DNA of 64,000 bases from a virus (lineage: Duplodnaviria; Caudoviricetes). The notes beneath the pieces were generated by a model. That model had not been told where the DNA came from. It worked only from the letters and a program-made list of their open reading frames with translations, and made no database searches. Of the stretch, positions 23,376-32,125 are shown one piece after another (the first letter of the stretch is position 1; each line of letters opens with the position of its first letter). Position numbers and translations under genes: made by a program. Location of the stretch: IMG/VR virus record IMGVR_UViG_3300037466_003648, positions 64,001 through 128,000 of that record, one strand, 5' to 3'.

Positions 23376-23379
23376 CTGT

Positions 23380-23451
23380 GGTGACTGTAGGCTAACGGTA
23401 AGCCGCCTGATTGTGGATCAGGTGATGCGGGTTCGATCCCCGTCAGTCACA
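23380..23451 (+). tRNA. tRNA-His(GTG)
   Basis: cloverleaf with encoded G-1; A73 rather than the usual bacterial C73. Confidence 0.9.
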
Positions 23452-23456
23452 CCTAT

Positions 23457-23537
23457 GCCAGTATGGGTGAGTAGCAATACCGGCTGCCTGTAAAGCAGCT
23501 CCCTCTGGGTTCCCTGGTGCAAGTCCAGGTGCTGGCA
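23457..23537 (+). tRNA. tRNA-Tyr(GTA)
   Basis: cloverleaf with variable arm; T-loop TGCAAGT. Confidence 0.88.
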
Positions 23538-23543
23538 CTCCAT

Positions 23544-23614
23544 CTACCGGTAGCCAAGTAGTAAGGTAGCGGTCTGCAAAACCGCCAGCGTGGGTGCGAT
23601 TCCCACCCGGTAGT
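23544..23614 (+). tRNA. tRNA-Cys(GCA)
   Basis: cloverleaf, U73; T-loop TGCGATT. Confidence 0.88.
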
Positions 23615-23618
23615 CTCT

Positions 23619-23690
23619 GCGTCGTAAAGATTACGGTAGTCGGCTGGTCTCCAAAACCAGCAGCGGTGGGTTCGACTCCCCCACGATGCG
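23619..23690 (+). tRNA. tRNA-Trp(CCA)
   Basis: cloverleaf, G73. Confidence 0.88.
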
Positions 23691-23697
23691 CTCTCTT

Positions 23698-23781
23698 GGT
23701 TGGTAGGGTTCAGTGGTGAGCACCACCGTCGGAAGCGGTGGCCGGGTGTCACAGCCTTCGGTTCGACTCCGATGCCAACCG
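23698..23781 (+). tRNA. tRNA-Ser(GGA), 8/4 architecture
   Basis: 8-bp acceptor GGTTGGTA/TGCCAACC, 4-bp T stem TCGG/CCGA, variable arm, G73. Confidence 0.75.
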
Positions 23782-23791
23782 CCTCATCCCC

Positions 23792-23821
23792 TTGCACAAG
23801 CTCCTATGGATCGGGTACAGT
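23792..23821 (+). promoter_or_regulatory. sigma70-like promoter
   Basis: TTGCAC 23792-23797, 18 nt, TACAGT 23816-23821. Confidence 0.6.
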
Positions 23822-23849
23822 AGTGCCATAATCCATAGGAGCTTTTGCT

Positions 23850-24155
23850 ATGTCAACACTCAGTCCCGAAGTCCAACGCGTGATGCGCAAGATTGCAACC
23901 GACTTGGCGATCGCCGCCCAGGCGTTCAGCAAGCCAGCCGATCCTAAGGTTACCCGCGAGACGTACGCCCTGATGTACTTCCGCTACCATTTCCCGGAGA
24001 TCACCCTGCAGGACATTCGTGATCCGCGAGTGACCCTCACCGACAGTACCATCTCGTACGACAGCGACTGGCTCAACGAGCTGCGCGTGCGTCACGGGAT
24101 GCCGCCGTTCGAGTTCCAGCCACCTGCTGTGTGGGCGGAGTTCAAAGTCAACTAG
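23850..24155 (+). CDS. hypothetical protein
   Basis: AGGAG SD. Confidence 0.7.
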   Translation: MSTLSPEVQRVMRKIATDLAIAAQAFSKPADPKVTRETYALMYFRYHFPEITLQDIRDPRVTLTDSTISYDSDWLNELRVRHGMPPFEFQPPAVWAEFKVN

Positions 24156-24163
24156 GAGGACCC

Positions 24164-24508
24164 ATGGACATCGGCGGGTATAGCCACCCCAAAGCTCGCA
24201 AGCAGCACGTCTGCTACATCTGTAGCACGTTCATCGAGGTGGGTGAGACCTACACCCGCTGTAAAGGTCTCTGGCAGGGTGAGTGGCAGAACTGGTGTGC
24301 CCACAAGATCTGTCTTGCCATCGAAGATGCCAGCCGCGACTGTTGCGACGACGAGTTGTCCCAGTTGGGGTGGTCGGAGTTGGTCGAGCTGTGTACCACG
24401 GAAGCCCATCTCTGCACCTTCCTCGAACGTTTCCCTCCCGAAGATGAGGAGCAAGCCAAGCTCGCTCACTTCCAAGCCAAGCATTTAGGAGCACGTCAGC
24501 ATGCCTAG
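24164..24508 (+). CDS. Cys/His-rich hypothetical phage protein
   Basis: GGAGG SD; KARKQHVCYIC...CAHKIC. Confidence 0.7.
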   Translation: MDIGGYSHPKARKQHVCYICSTFIEVGETYTRCKGLWQGEWQNWCAHKICLAIEDASRDCCDDELSQLGWSELVELCTTEAHLCTFLERFPPEDEEQAKLAHFQAKHLGARQHA

Positions 24509-24932
24509 CGCCCTTCTCCCCATCAAGAACGACTACCACATCATGGGTCTGCGGGGCATCTTCCGCACCGAGATCAAGTTCGAGGAGAACCACGTCAACC
24601 TCACGATCAACAACGTCGAGGTCCAGCTGGCGCATCAAGGGCTGCAGGACATGCGCGCCATGGAGATGCGCTACCAGCTCGTGCGTGCCATCCACCAGAA
24701 CCAGGAGTTCACGATGTGCTACACGACGCCGGGCACCAAGAAGGTGGCCTCCACGGATGTCGTCGTGCGCGTGCTGCCCATCAAGCTCGGCTTCATCGAG
24801 ACGCCGCTTGCCAAGGCCAAGTCCTGGGTGCTGACTGCCTCCGTGGACGGCAAGGAGCAGGACTTCCTGGTGGAGAACATCCGGGGCACCTGGAACTACC
24901 TGATGCACGTCAAGCAGGAGGCCACCGCGTGA
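24501..24932 (+). CDS. hypothetical protein, C-terminal part possibly WYL-like
   Basis: Y...RVLPIKL...WVLTA...DFLVENI loosely resembles a WYL domain. Confidence 0.55.
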   Translation: MPSALLPIKNDYHIMGLRGIFRTEIKFEENHVNLTINNVEVQLAHQGLQDMRAMEMRYQLVRAIHQNQEFTMCYTTPGTKKVASTDVVVRVLPIKLGFIETPLAKAKSWVLTASVDGKEQDFLVENIRGTWNYLMHVKQEATA

Positions 24933-25150
24933 CCGGCGCCTGGTGCAAGCACCCGCTCAGCTTGATCGAACACTATGTCCCCGACGCTGGCATGAAGCGC
25001 AAGAAGCTCAAGTCTCTTTGCAAAGAGGCAGAAGCTAACAACTGGCTGCTTGACGAGCAAGGCGCGGCACATTGCCGCGCTTGCGTCGACCTGATCACCA
25101 CCCACTACCAACAGCTCGACGCGCAGGCGTCGGAAAGGACTACCCCATGA
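24929..25150 (+). CDS. small Cys/His hypothetical protein
   Basis: GTGA overlap, AGGAGG SD. Confidence 0.55.
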   Translation: MTGAWCKHPLSLIEHYVPDAGMKRKKLKSLCKEAEANNWLLDEQGAAHCRACVDLITTHYQQLDAQASERTTP

Positions 25151-25689
25151 GCGACGCGCTCGGCAACATCGACCTCACCGCCCTCGTCCAGATGCTCAAC
25201 AGCTGCGACGAGATCCAGCTGCAGGGCACCCCGCGCCTGAAGATCGAGAAGATCACCTGGAGTTCTGCTGACGGCGAGCCGCGCTTCGTCATCACCGGTC
25301 CCTACTCCAAGGTCGGTAGCGACCTGCGTGCCGTCTGGACCGGCGAGACCTGGCTCTTCCAGGAGGAGGGCTCCTCGCGCCTCAACACCAGCCACGGCAA
25401 GGCGTACGACAGCATCACGGACGCCTACAAGGACGTCGACACTGCCCGCCAGGCGCACCCGCGCTACAAGGCACCCAAGCCGGTTGCCCCGGCGCCGATC
25501 GATGCGGAGAAGCTGGGCGAGATCGGCTACGCGCGCATGGCCGAGGTCGGCCGCACGCTGGGCATCGAAGGCTTCGCCGGCTGGGGCAGCATCTCGCCGG
25601 AGATCCGCGGGATGTGGGCCGAAGTGGCGCGCCAGGTCGTGCAGGCGGAGCGGGACAGCGCGGCTGCTCCTGCACCTGCCAGCGTGTAG
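25147..25689 (+). CDS. hypothetical protein
   Basis: ATGA overlap, codon bias. Confidence 0.7.
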   Translation: MSDALGNIDLTALVQMLNSCDEIQLQGTPRLKIEKITWSSADGEPRFVITGPYSKVGSDLRAVWTGETWLFQEEGSSRLNTSHGKAYDSITDAYKDVDTARQAHPRYKAPKPVAPAPIDAEKLGEIGYARMAEVGRTLGIEGFAGWGSISPEIRGMWAEVARQVVQAERDSAAAPAPASV

Positions 25690-25956
25690 ATGTACTGCCC
25701 TCACTGCAAGCGGGTCGCCCCTCGGGGCGGTCCGCGCTTCTGTCGTTGCTCCGGTGCGCTGGAAGCACGGCGCAAGGAGAGACTCTTGTCAGATCCTCAG
25801 GTGCGCATTGCCGCACTCGAAGCAGCTCTTCGCGAGCTGATCGACATCAAGGCGCTCAAGGACAGTGAGGGCAACGACACCCGCGACTACATCGACCGTG
25901 AAGTCAAGGCGTGGGAGACCGCGCGCCAGCTACTCAAGAAGGAGCACATGCAGTGA
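25690..25956 (+). CDS. hypothetical protein with N-terminal CxxC
   Basis: abuts the upstream stop. Confidence 0.6.
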   Translation: MYCPHCKRVAPRGGPRFCRCSGALEARRKERLLSDPQVRIAALEAALRELIDIKALKDSEGNDTRDYIDREVKAWETARQLLKKEHMQ

Positions 25957-26384
25957 GTGACAACAAAGACAAGGGCATCTTACCCAAGTACAACGTGAGC
26001 CGTACGGACGGCAAGCCCACTGGCTTCTGCTTCGTCCTCGACGTGTCGCGCGACCCGATCGCGATTGAAGCGCTCTCGGCTTACGCGATGCACGCACGTC
26101 ATGCAGGCTACACCAAGCTCGCTGACGAGTTGGCCGTTCAGGTCTCGGCAGCTCGCGACGCTCATCTCATGGTGACGCTGAAGCAAGATCTGGTCCGTGG
26201 GCAGGAGCTGCTACGAGAGTTGACTGCGGACCTTTTGTTCTTGGAACCCTTGAGCAATCACCCCAACGAGCTGCGTGGGAAGGTCAAGCTGGTGCGCGAC
26301 GTCATTCGCAAGCTGATTGGTCCCGACCCGATCCAATCCAACCAGCTTTTGGTGGAAGCCCAGCGGTACGCGAGCGGGGACTAG
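25953..26384 (+). CDS. hypothetical protein
   Basis: GTGA overlap, AAGGAG SD. Confidence 0.65.
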   Translation: MSDNKDKGILPKYNVSRTDGKPTGFCFVLDVSRDPIAIEALSAYAMHARHAGYTKLADELAVQVSAARDAHLMVTLKQDLVRGQELLRELTADLLFLEPLSNHPNELRGKVKLVRDVIRKLIGPDPIQSNQLLVEAQRYASGD

Positions 26385-26704
26385 GCGTAACTGTCCAACG
26401 AGCACAGCGGCAGGATGGTTCCCGTCCCGCCGCAGTGTGTCGTCTGGTCGCCCGACCGCGCCGCGGCGTAGTCCTCGACGTACAGCACCGGCGACCCCGA
26501 CGAGGGGTAGAAGGTGTTGGGTCCGGCACACGCGGCGTGCGTGCTCTTGTGGTTGGGATTGGTCGTGGCCGTCGCCCGGTCGTTCGTGTAGTCCGACTGC
26601 GCACCCACCTGGATCAACCCCGTCACGGGCACCGGCCAGCCGAAGGGATGGCCGTCGGCCGGACAGAAGACGGCGTCACCGACGCGCGCGATGGGGTTTC
26701 CCAT
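26381..26704 (-). CDS. PAAR-like spike-tip protein
   Basis: PIARVGD...C...H...SGS..V.VE..AAARSGD..HCG pattern. Confidence 0.75.
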   Translation of the reverse strand: MGNPIARVGDAVFCPADGHPFGWPVPVTGLIQVGAQSDYTNDRATATTNPNHKSTHAACAGPNTFYPSSGSPVLYVEDYAAARSGDQTTHCGGTGTILPLCSLDSYA

Positions 26705-26844
26705 GGTACAGCTCCTTCGGAGGGCTCAGACGCACGAGCATCGGACGCAAGATTCCATCGTCGTGCTTGGGGTTCGACCAGCAGACGCCCAAGTAGGTGG
26801 CGTCGTCCGCCTTCATAACCACGATGGCCTGCAGCGCGGTGTAG

Positions 26845-27060
26845 TCACTGGTGATCATGCAGTTTCCCTTGATAGCGGAATGCCAACCCGCATCCGCACT
26901 CGACGATGCCCCAGTAGTGGTTCTGGAAGTCCTTGAAGGCGGGTCCCTTGAGGCGCCGCACGAGACGACACTTCGGACAGCGCGAGCCATCCGGGGTGGT
27001 CGGAAAGACCAGCTCCCAGAGCCAGTGGCTCAGCGCATCCAGCACCCAACGTCCTGACAT
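26845..27060 (-). CDS. small Cys-containing hypothetical protein
   Basis: CPKC...CGC; same-strand operon. Confidence 0.5.
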   Translation of the reverse strand: MSGRWVLDALSHWLWELVFPTTPDGSRCPKCRLVRRLKGPAFKDFQNHYWGIVECGCGLAFRYQGKLHDHQ

Positions 27061-27061
27061 C

Positions 27062-27694
27062 TCACCACCCCGTCAGGGACGAGCGAATTGCGTAATCGTA
27101 ATCAATTGTGACATCACTCAAGTCAGCGAGATTAGTCAAGACACGCACGGTACCGTCTTCGTTGATCACGTAGTCATCGCCCAGAACCAACCGGCGTCGA
27201 GACGTCCCTGTGAAGGGATAAGTGTCGCCGTTCATGATGCCCGACGGCTCGATGCCCATCGCGTAGACGTGGACCTCCGGTCCGATGCGGTACTCCCACG
27301 GCAGCGCGCCCAGCGTGCTCGTGATCTTGTTCACGGACGCCGTACCCGCAGGCATCGCGATCGGGGTCAACCCCGTGCGGGTGAAGCTCTGCGTGGTGGT
27401 GACCCCTAGCGTGTCCGTCAGCTCGACGTCGAACGTGTTGGGCAGCTGGTCGGCATCCGTCAGCGCCCAGTCCACGAACCACAACCGCAACGGATAGTCA
27501 CCCGCACTGGGCTTCTTCGCGATGAGATCCACGCTGCTAGGACCGATACGCACGACGTTGAAGGCGAACGCCTCCGTCGCGACGATGTGGGTGACCGCGA
27601 TCACCTTCTTGGTGGTTGTGAAGATGTTGCCCGTCCCTGCGACCGCCGTAAAGCTCTCGATCGCCGCGCCGGGAATTTGGGGAATGTTACTCAC
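27062..27694 (-). CDS. putative virion structural protein (beta-rich)
   Basis: T/V/G-rich composition; in the PAAR-containing operon. Confidence 0.6.
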   Translation of the reverse strand: MSNIPQIPGAAIESFTAVAGTGNIFTTTKKVIAVTHIVATEAFAFNVVRIGPSSVDLIAKKPSAGDYPLRLWFVDWALTDADQLPNTFDVELTDTLGVTTTQSFTRTGLTPIAMPAGTASVNKITSTLGALPWEYRIGPEVHVYAMGIEPSGIMNGDTYPFTGTSRRRLVLGDDYVINEDGTVRVLTNLADLSDVTIDYDYAIRSSLTGW

Positions 27695-27815
27695 GCTTCC
27701 CTCCCAGTGAGCAGGCGCCCAAGAGCAGCGTCAGCAACAACGAAGCCACCTCGATCATGGTCGGGTTGATCCGGCTCGCCGCGGCCTTCGTCTTGGTCCA
27801 GAGGGTCTTGAACAT
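27687..27815 (-). CDS. small membrane or lipoprotein-like peptide (42 aa)
   Basis: MFKTLWTK...LLLTLLLGAC; AAGGAG upstream. Confidence 0.45.
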   Translation of the reverse strand: MFKTLWTKTKAAASRINPTMIEVASLLLTLLLGACSLGGKRE

Positions 27816-28385
27816 CTACTCGCTCTCCTTGTGGTCCGGTGGTAGCAGGGTGGCCGCGACGACGATGCGCTCGCCGCCCGGTGCCAGGGTGAACTCCCAG
27901 GTCTTGAGACCGGTGACCCCTGGGTTGGGGACGACCGTGAAGTCGATGGTGTAGCGGTTGCCGGGCGTCGCAAAGCAGTCCAGGATGCCAGGACCACCGC
28001 CGGGTTGAACAGTGGGCAACGGCAGCCCGACGAGCATCCCGGCCGTGATGACCACGGGACTGGGTGAGGCGCTTACAGGCGGTGGTCCGATCACCAACGG
28101 CAAGAACCCGAACCCCACGGGGGTCCAGGTCGGCATCGTGGCGCCCGCGGGCAAGACGCCCTGCGTGGACACCACACACCCATGAATCATCAGGGTGATC
28201 TGTGCCCAGTCGCAGGGAGGGAAGACCGCCGGGAGGCTAAGAAACGGGATGGGCGGCCCGCCATCCTGGACGATAGTCAAGGTATCGTGGAACATCTGTG
28301 TCCCGTCGTTCTTGACTGTGCCCAGCATGATCGAGCCGAGGTTCTGTGTCAGGTCCGCCCGAATGCGGAGAATGTCCGCTGGCAT
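27816..28385 (-). CDS. putative structural protein (start uncertain)
   Basis: P/G/V-rich ORF in the minus-strand module. Confidence 0.55.
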   Translation of the reverse strand: MPADILRIRADLTQNLGSIMLGTVKNDGTQMFHDTLTIVQDGGPPIPFLSLPAVFPPCDWAQITLMIHGCVVSTQGVLPAGATMPTWTPVGFGFLPLVIGPPPVSASPSPVVITAGMLVGLPLPTVQPGGGPGILDCFATPGNRYTIDFTVVPNPGVTGLKTWEFTLAPGGERIVVAATLLPPDHKESE

Positions 28386-28677
28386 CCCGCTCCTCCTTCA
28401 AGCCATGCAGCTTGGCATGCGCGGCGGCGATGTCGTCGCGTGTGCCATAGTTGTCGAGCACCTTGCAGTTGTTCAGCACCGCACCGTGCAGGTTCGTCCA
28501 GGTGGTGTTGCGCACCGCGTAGACGTCCACGTTCCCGTCCGCCCGGAAGCGGACGAACGATCCTGTTGGCGTGTGCTCGATGCGCACGCTGCCGTCTTGC
28601 CCGACGTTGACGGCCACTACCTGGCTCAACCGAACCAGGAGCTTCACCCCACGAAATACGGATCGCAGTAGTTGCAT
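28237..28677 (-). CDS. baseplate-spike (gp5/gpV C-terminal)-like protein
   Basis: IEHTPTGSFVRFRADGNVDV beta-repeat-like segment upstream of PAAR. Confidence 0.4.
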   Translation of the reverse strand: MQLLRSVFRGVKLLVRLSQVVAVNVGQDGSVRIEHTPTGSFVRFRADGNVDVYAVRNTTWTNLHGAVLNNCKVLDNYGTRDDIAAAHAKLHGLKEERDASGHSPHSGGPDTEPRLDHAGHSQERRDTDVPRYLDYRPGWRAAHPVS

Positions 28678-28715
28678 GAGGCGAGTGTAACACGGTACCA
28701 CATAGGAGTAAACCC

Positions 28716-28913
28716 ATGGCCCTTCAGGATGTCATCGAGCAGTTTAACGAGCGCGTGAAAGACACGCGGTACAACCACCGGCAGGCACCCGCGGGGATGT
28801 CTCAGAAGGATCTGGTCCTCCACATCGCCGATCTAATCGACGACCTCCACACGTTGGAAAGCGATCTTCGGATGGATCTCCAGATCCTCCTCGCCGACGC
28901 GCGTAAGTGTTGA
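28716..28913 (+). CDS. hypothetical protein
   Basis: AGGAG SD. Confidence 0.65.
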   Translation: MALQDVIEQFNERVKDTRYNHRQAPAGMSQKDLVLHIADLIDDLHTLESDLRMDLQILLADARKC

Positions 28914-28931
28914 CCGGTTGGGCTGGCGGCT

Positions 28932-29135
28932 ATGTTTGAGCATGCCCAAGATGTCTGCGCGGTGACGATCGGCGATGGGGAACTGTACTTCCACCTCGTC
29001 CGCCCCGACCAGACCCTCAAGATCCAACGAACCGCCCGCACCATTCAGGTGGAGGGTCCCCTTGTCATCACAATCGACGAAGGATCGCAAGGTCCCGTCG
29101 GTGTCCACCTGGTTTTCCCGAAGGAGAAGTCATGA
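28932..29135 (+). CDS. hypothetical protein
   Basis: ORF track, coupled to the next gene. Confidence 0.55.
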   Translation: MFEHAQDVCAVTIGDGELYFHLVRPDQTLKIQRTARTIQVEGPLVITIDEGSQGPVGVHLVFPKEKS

Positions 29136-29650
29136 GCACCTACCGCCACTTCTACAAGCAGGCCAAGGCGGCCAGCCCCAAGCAGTGGGCCAAGATCAAG
29201 ACCGACGTCGAGAAGTTGCTTGCGAGCCTGCCACCCAACTCGGAGAGCGCGGGTGGTACCTTCCGCCAGTGGACCTTGATGATCGGTGACGCGTCCGGTG
29301 CGGTGGGTAGCAAGCCCACCGTGACCGATGACGAGATCGCGCTGAACGGCGTCCACGGCAAGGTCGACCTCTCCCATGAGACCTTCTGGATCACCCGCAG
29401 CAAGAACACGGAGCCCGATGCCGACTACTGCAAGACGGCGCGCAAGCCCTACGACCTGGTCGTCTGCGGCATCCTGATCGTCTTGCAGCACCACGCGCCC
29501 GGCGTCTGGAAGATCTCCACCAACGGCACGCTGGAGGACTGGGACCCGGCTCGCGAGTGGGTGGAGTCGATCCTGGGCTACGCAGGCTTCGATGAGGTGC
29601 TGCACATCTGCGGGGAGGTAGAGGATGCAAGCGACAAACGCGCCTCTTGA
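29132..29650 (+). CDS. hypothetical phage protein
   Basis: AAGGAG SD; HETF...YCKTARKPYD. Confidence 0.75.
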   Translation: MSTYRHFYKQAKAASPKQWAKIKTDVEKLLASLPPNSESAGGTFRQWTLMIGDASGAVGSKPTVTDDEIALNGVHGKVDLSHETFWITRSKNTEPDADYCKTARKPYDLVVCGILIVLQHHAPGVWKISTNGTLEDWDPAREWVESILGYAGFDEVLHICGEVEDASDKRAS

Positions 29651-29674
29651 CCAGAGGCAGATCCGTGGTACGAT
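29647..29674 (+). promoter_or_regulatory. sigma70-like promoter of the DNA polymerase gene
   Basis: TTGACC 29647-29652, 16 nt, TG-n-TACGAT 29669-29674. Confidence 0.5.
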
Positions 29675-29711
29675 GGTCTCCGCCTCGCCCATAGCACCTC
29701 CAGGGATCAGC

Positions 29712-31778
29712 GTGAGTACGACCCTTCGCCAAGCTCCGACGCACCACCCCTACACGTTGGTGGAGACCGACCAGGATGCCCAGGACGTCTGCGAGTACCT
29801 GCTGACTCAAGACCTGCTGGCCCTGGACACGGAGACCCACGCCAACGGCAAGGAAGGCCCCAAAGCGCTCGACCCGAAGAAGGCGTTTACCGACCCCTTC
29901 ATCAACACGGTCCGGTTGTTACAGGTGCGCTCGCGCGATAGCGAGAGTTTCATCTTCGACCTCCGCAAGATGGGCGTCGCGGGCACCTTCGCCATTAAGA
30001 ACCTGCTGTCCCAGGAGCACATCACCTGGGTCGGCCACAACCTGAAGTTCGACTACAAGATGCTCGCCACGAGTCTGGACGTGTACCTCAAGAAGGTGTA
30101 CGACACCATGATCGCGGCCAACTGTGTCGGCTTCGCGGTGGGTGACCAGGCAGCGTTGGCGCGTGGCTACAGCTTGAAGGACGTGGTGCGGGACTACCTG
30201 GGTCACTACCTGGACAAGACTGAGCAGTCGTCCAACTGGAGCGCGCGGGAGCTGACCGAAAGCCAGTTCCAGTACGCTGCCGACGACCTGCTCTACCTGT
30301 TCGATCTCTACGACCTGCTGACCTACACGGTCCGGCACGAGTACGGGATGGAAGGGGGCGTCCAGCTGGAGATGGACGTGATGCCGGTCGTCGCCAAGAT
30401 CGAGCTGAACGGCATGGCGCTGGACCCGGTCATGTTCGAGATCGTGCAGAGGTCCGCCGCTGCGTACATGCCAGCGCTCGAAGAAGAGCTGTGCAAGTAC
30501 ATCAACTGGCCGATGATCGCCTGTCCTCCGCTGGTCAAGCTGAAGACGAAGCGTAACTTCATGCCGAAGCCGGTCAGCTTCGACGGCAAGTCCGGCTCGC
30601 CGCTCATGTCCAACTCGGTCATGCTCAAGGCGTTCCACGAAAAGGGCTTGCCGCTGGAGAACCTGCAAGGCGACTACCTGGAGGAGCTGGCGAAGTCGAG
30701 CGGCAACGAGATCCTGAAGAAGTTCGTCTTCTACCGTGACCTTGCCAAGCAACTCTCTACCAACTATCTGGACTGGGTGCATCCGGTCACGGGTCGCATC
30801 CACCCCAACCTGAACCAGATGGGCGCGTCTACCGGTCGCTTCAGCGGCAGCGATCCCAACCCCCAGAACGTCCCGACCTTGAGTGTCGAGGTTCCTCCTG
30901 ACCTGTTCGAGTTGTACAAGGAGTTCCTGCAGGAGTACATCGACGCGAAGACGGGTAAGTGTCTGGTCAACTACCGCTACTGCTTCGTGCCTGCCAAGGG
31001 TAAGAAGATGGCGTCGGCCGACTACAGCGGGCAAGAGGTCCGCATGATGGTGGCGCTGTCCAAGGACCCGGAGCTGATCCGCATTCACCTCGAACCTGCC
31101 AAGGTCGAGCGCGACGGCAAGATGGTCAAGAACATGGCCGCCGACGTTCACGCCAAGACCGCGGAGCTGATGTGGGGCAAGTCGCACGGCGTCACCTGTT
31201 GGAACGCTGACGAGCTGGTCATGCCGGGTGTGGGCAAGAAGTTCCGCGCCGTTGCCAAGGTGATCGTGTTCGGTCTGGCCTACGGCAAGACCGCGGCAGG
31301 TATGGCACTCGACTGGGGCATCTCCCAGGAGGATGCCCAGGTCATCATCGACGAGTTCTTCCGCGCGTACCCCGTGCTGAAGAAGTGGCTCGACAGCAAG
31401 GGACGCGAAGCCAACGACACCCGCATGTCGTGGTACGGTTGTCGCGAGGCGGGCATCATCCGTTGGCGCATGGTCAACTCCGCTCGCCACGCAGATCGTG
31501 GTGCTCTGGAGCGCGCGGGCAAGAACACGCCCATCCAGGGCGGCTCTGCCTTGCAGATGAAGCTGGCTCTGGTTATGCTGGACAAGGCCCTTGCCGGGAC
31601 CGGCATCTTGATGACCGGGACCGTGCACGACGAAGCGCTGTTCGAGTTCTACGAGGCGGAAGAGAAGCTGGCCGTGACCACCATCGATCGCTGCATGACC
31701 GCGGCAGGTGATGTCTTCCTGCAGCACGTCATCCCCAGTACCTGCGGTGTCGGTGTCGGCACCCACTGGTTCCACTAG
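29712..31778 (+). CDS. polA: family A DNA polymerase with 3'-5' exonuclease, no 5' nuclease domain
   Basis: ExoI DTE, ExoII HNLKFD, ExoIII YAADD; TGRFSGSDPNPQN, ADYSGQE, K...FGLAYG, VHDE. Confidence 0.95.
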   Translation: MSTTLRQAPTHHPYTLVETDQDAQDVCEYLLTQDLLALDTETHANGKEGPKALDPKKAFTDPFINTVRLLQVRSRDSESFIFDLRKMGVAGTFAIKNLLSQEHITWVGHNLKFDYKMLATSLDVYLKKVYDTMIAANCVGFAVGDQAALARGYSLKDVVRDYLGHYLDKTEQSSNWSARELTESQFQYAADDLLYLFDLYDLLTYTVRHEYGMEGGVQLEMDVMPVVAKIELNGMALDPVMFEIVQRSAAAYMPALEEELCKYINWPMIACPPLVKLKTKRNFMPKPVSFDGKSGSPLMSNSVMLKAFHEKGLPLENLQGDYLEELAKSSGNEILKKFVFYRDLAKQLSTNYLDWVHPVTGRIHPNLNQMGASTGRFSGSDPNPQNVPTLSVEVPPDLFELYKEFLQEYIDAKTGKCLVNYRYCFVPAKGKKMASADYSGQEVRMMVALSKDPELIRIHLEPAKVERDGKMVKNMAADVHAKTAELMWGKSHGVTCWNADELVMPGVGKKFRAVAKVIVFGLAYGKTAAGMALDWGISQEDAQVIIDEFFRAYPVLKKWLDSKGREANDTRMSWYGCREAGIIRWRMVNSARHADRGALERAGKNTPIQGGSALQMKLALVMLDKALAGTGILMTGTVHDEALFEFYEAEEKLAVTTIDRCMTAAGDVFLQHVIPSTCGVGVGTHWFH

Positions 31779-31790
31779 AAGGAGAGGTCC

Positions 31791-32123
31791 ATGACCGATA
31801 ACGTTCCCTACATCAACGGCTTCAACAGCCACGTCATTGGCGGCATGGTCGGCCTGACCAGCTTCCTGGGCGGCATGTCCCCGAAGGTTCAGAACGAGCA
31901 GTCCATGGTCATGACACCGGGCGATGCCGTGGACATGGGCCGCGTGCTCATGCAGATGGCGGTCACCGCGATGATCCAGAGCAGCGCTGACCGCGGCACC
32001 GACCGCCCCGAGCTGCGAGAGCGGCTCGTGGCTATCGCCGAGCAGGCGTACAAGGATGCTGTGACTGCGTTGACGCCACCCCCGGCGCCCCAGCAGTCCG
32101 CTCCGAGCAAGAAGAAGCGCTAA
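31791..32123 (+). CDS. hypothetical protein
   Basis: AAGGAG SD. Confidence 0.7.
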   Translation: MTDNVPYINGFNSHVIGGMVGLTSFLGGMSPKVQNEQSMVMTPGDAVDMGRVLMQMAVTAMIQSSADRGTDRPELRERLVAIAEQAYKDAVTALTPPPAPQQSAPSKKKR

Positions 32124-32125
32124 CC

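Noticed and set aside
19958-23781. Suppressor tRNA or stop-codon recoding
   Set aside because: No CTA/TTA/TCA anticodon found; TAG, TGA and TAA all end intact genes
19629-23947. Assorted 60-190 aa ORFs listed over the tRNA array
   Set aside because: They overlap well-formed tRNA genes and lack SDs; only 22105-22266 and the short leader ORFs were kept as candidates
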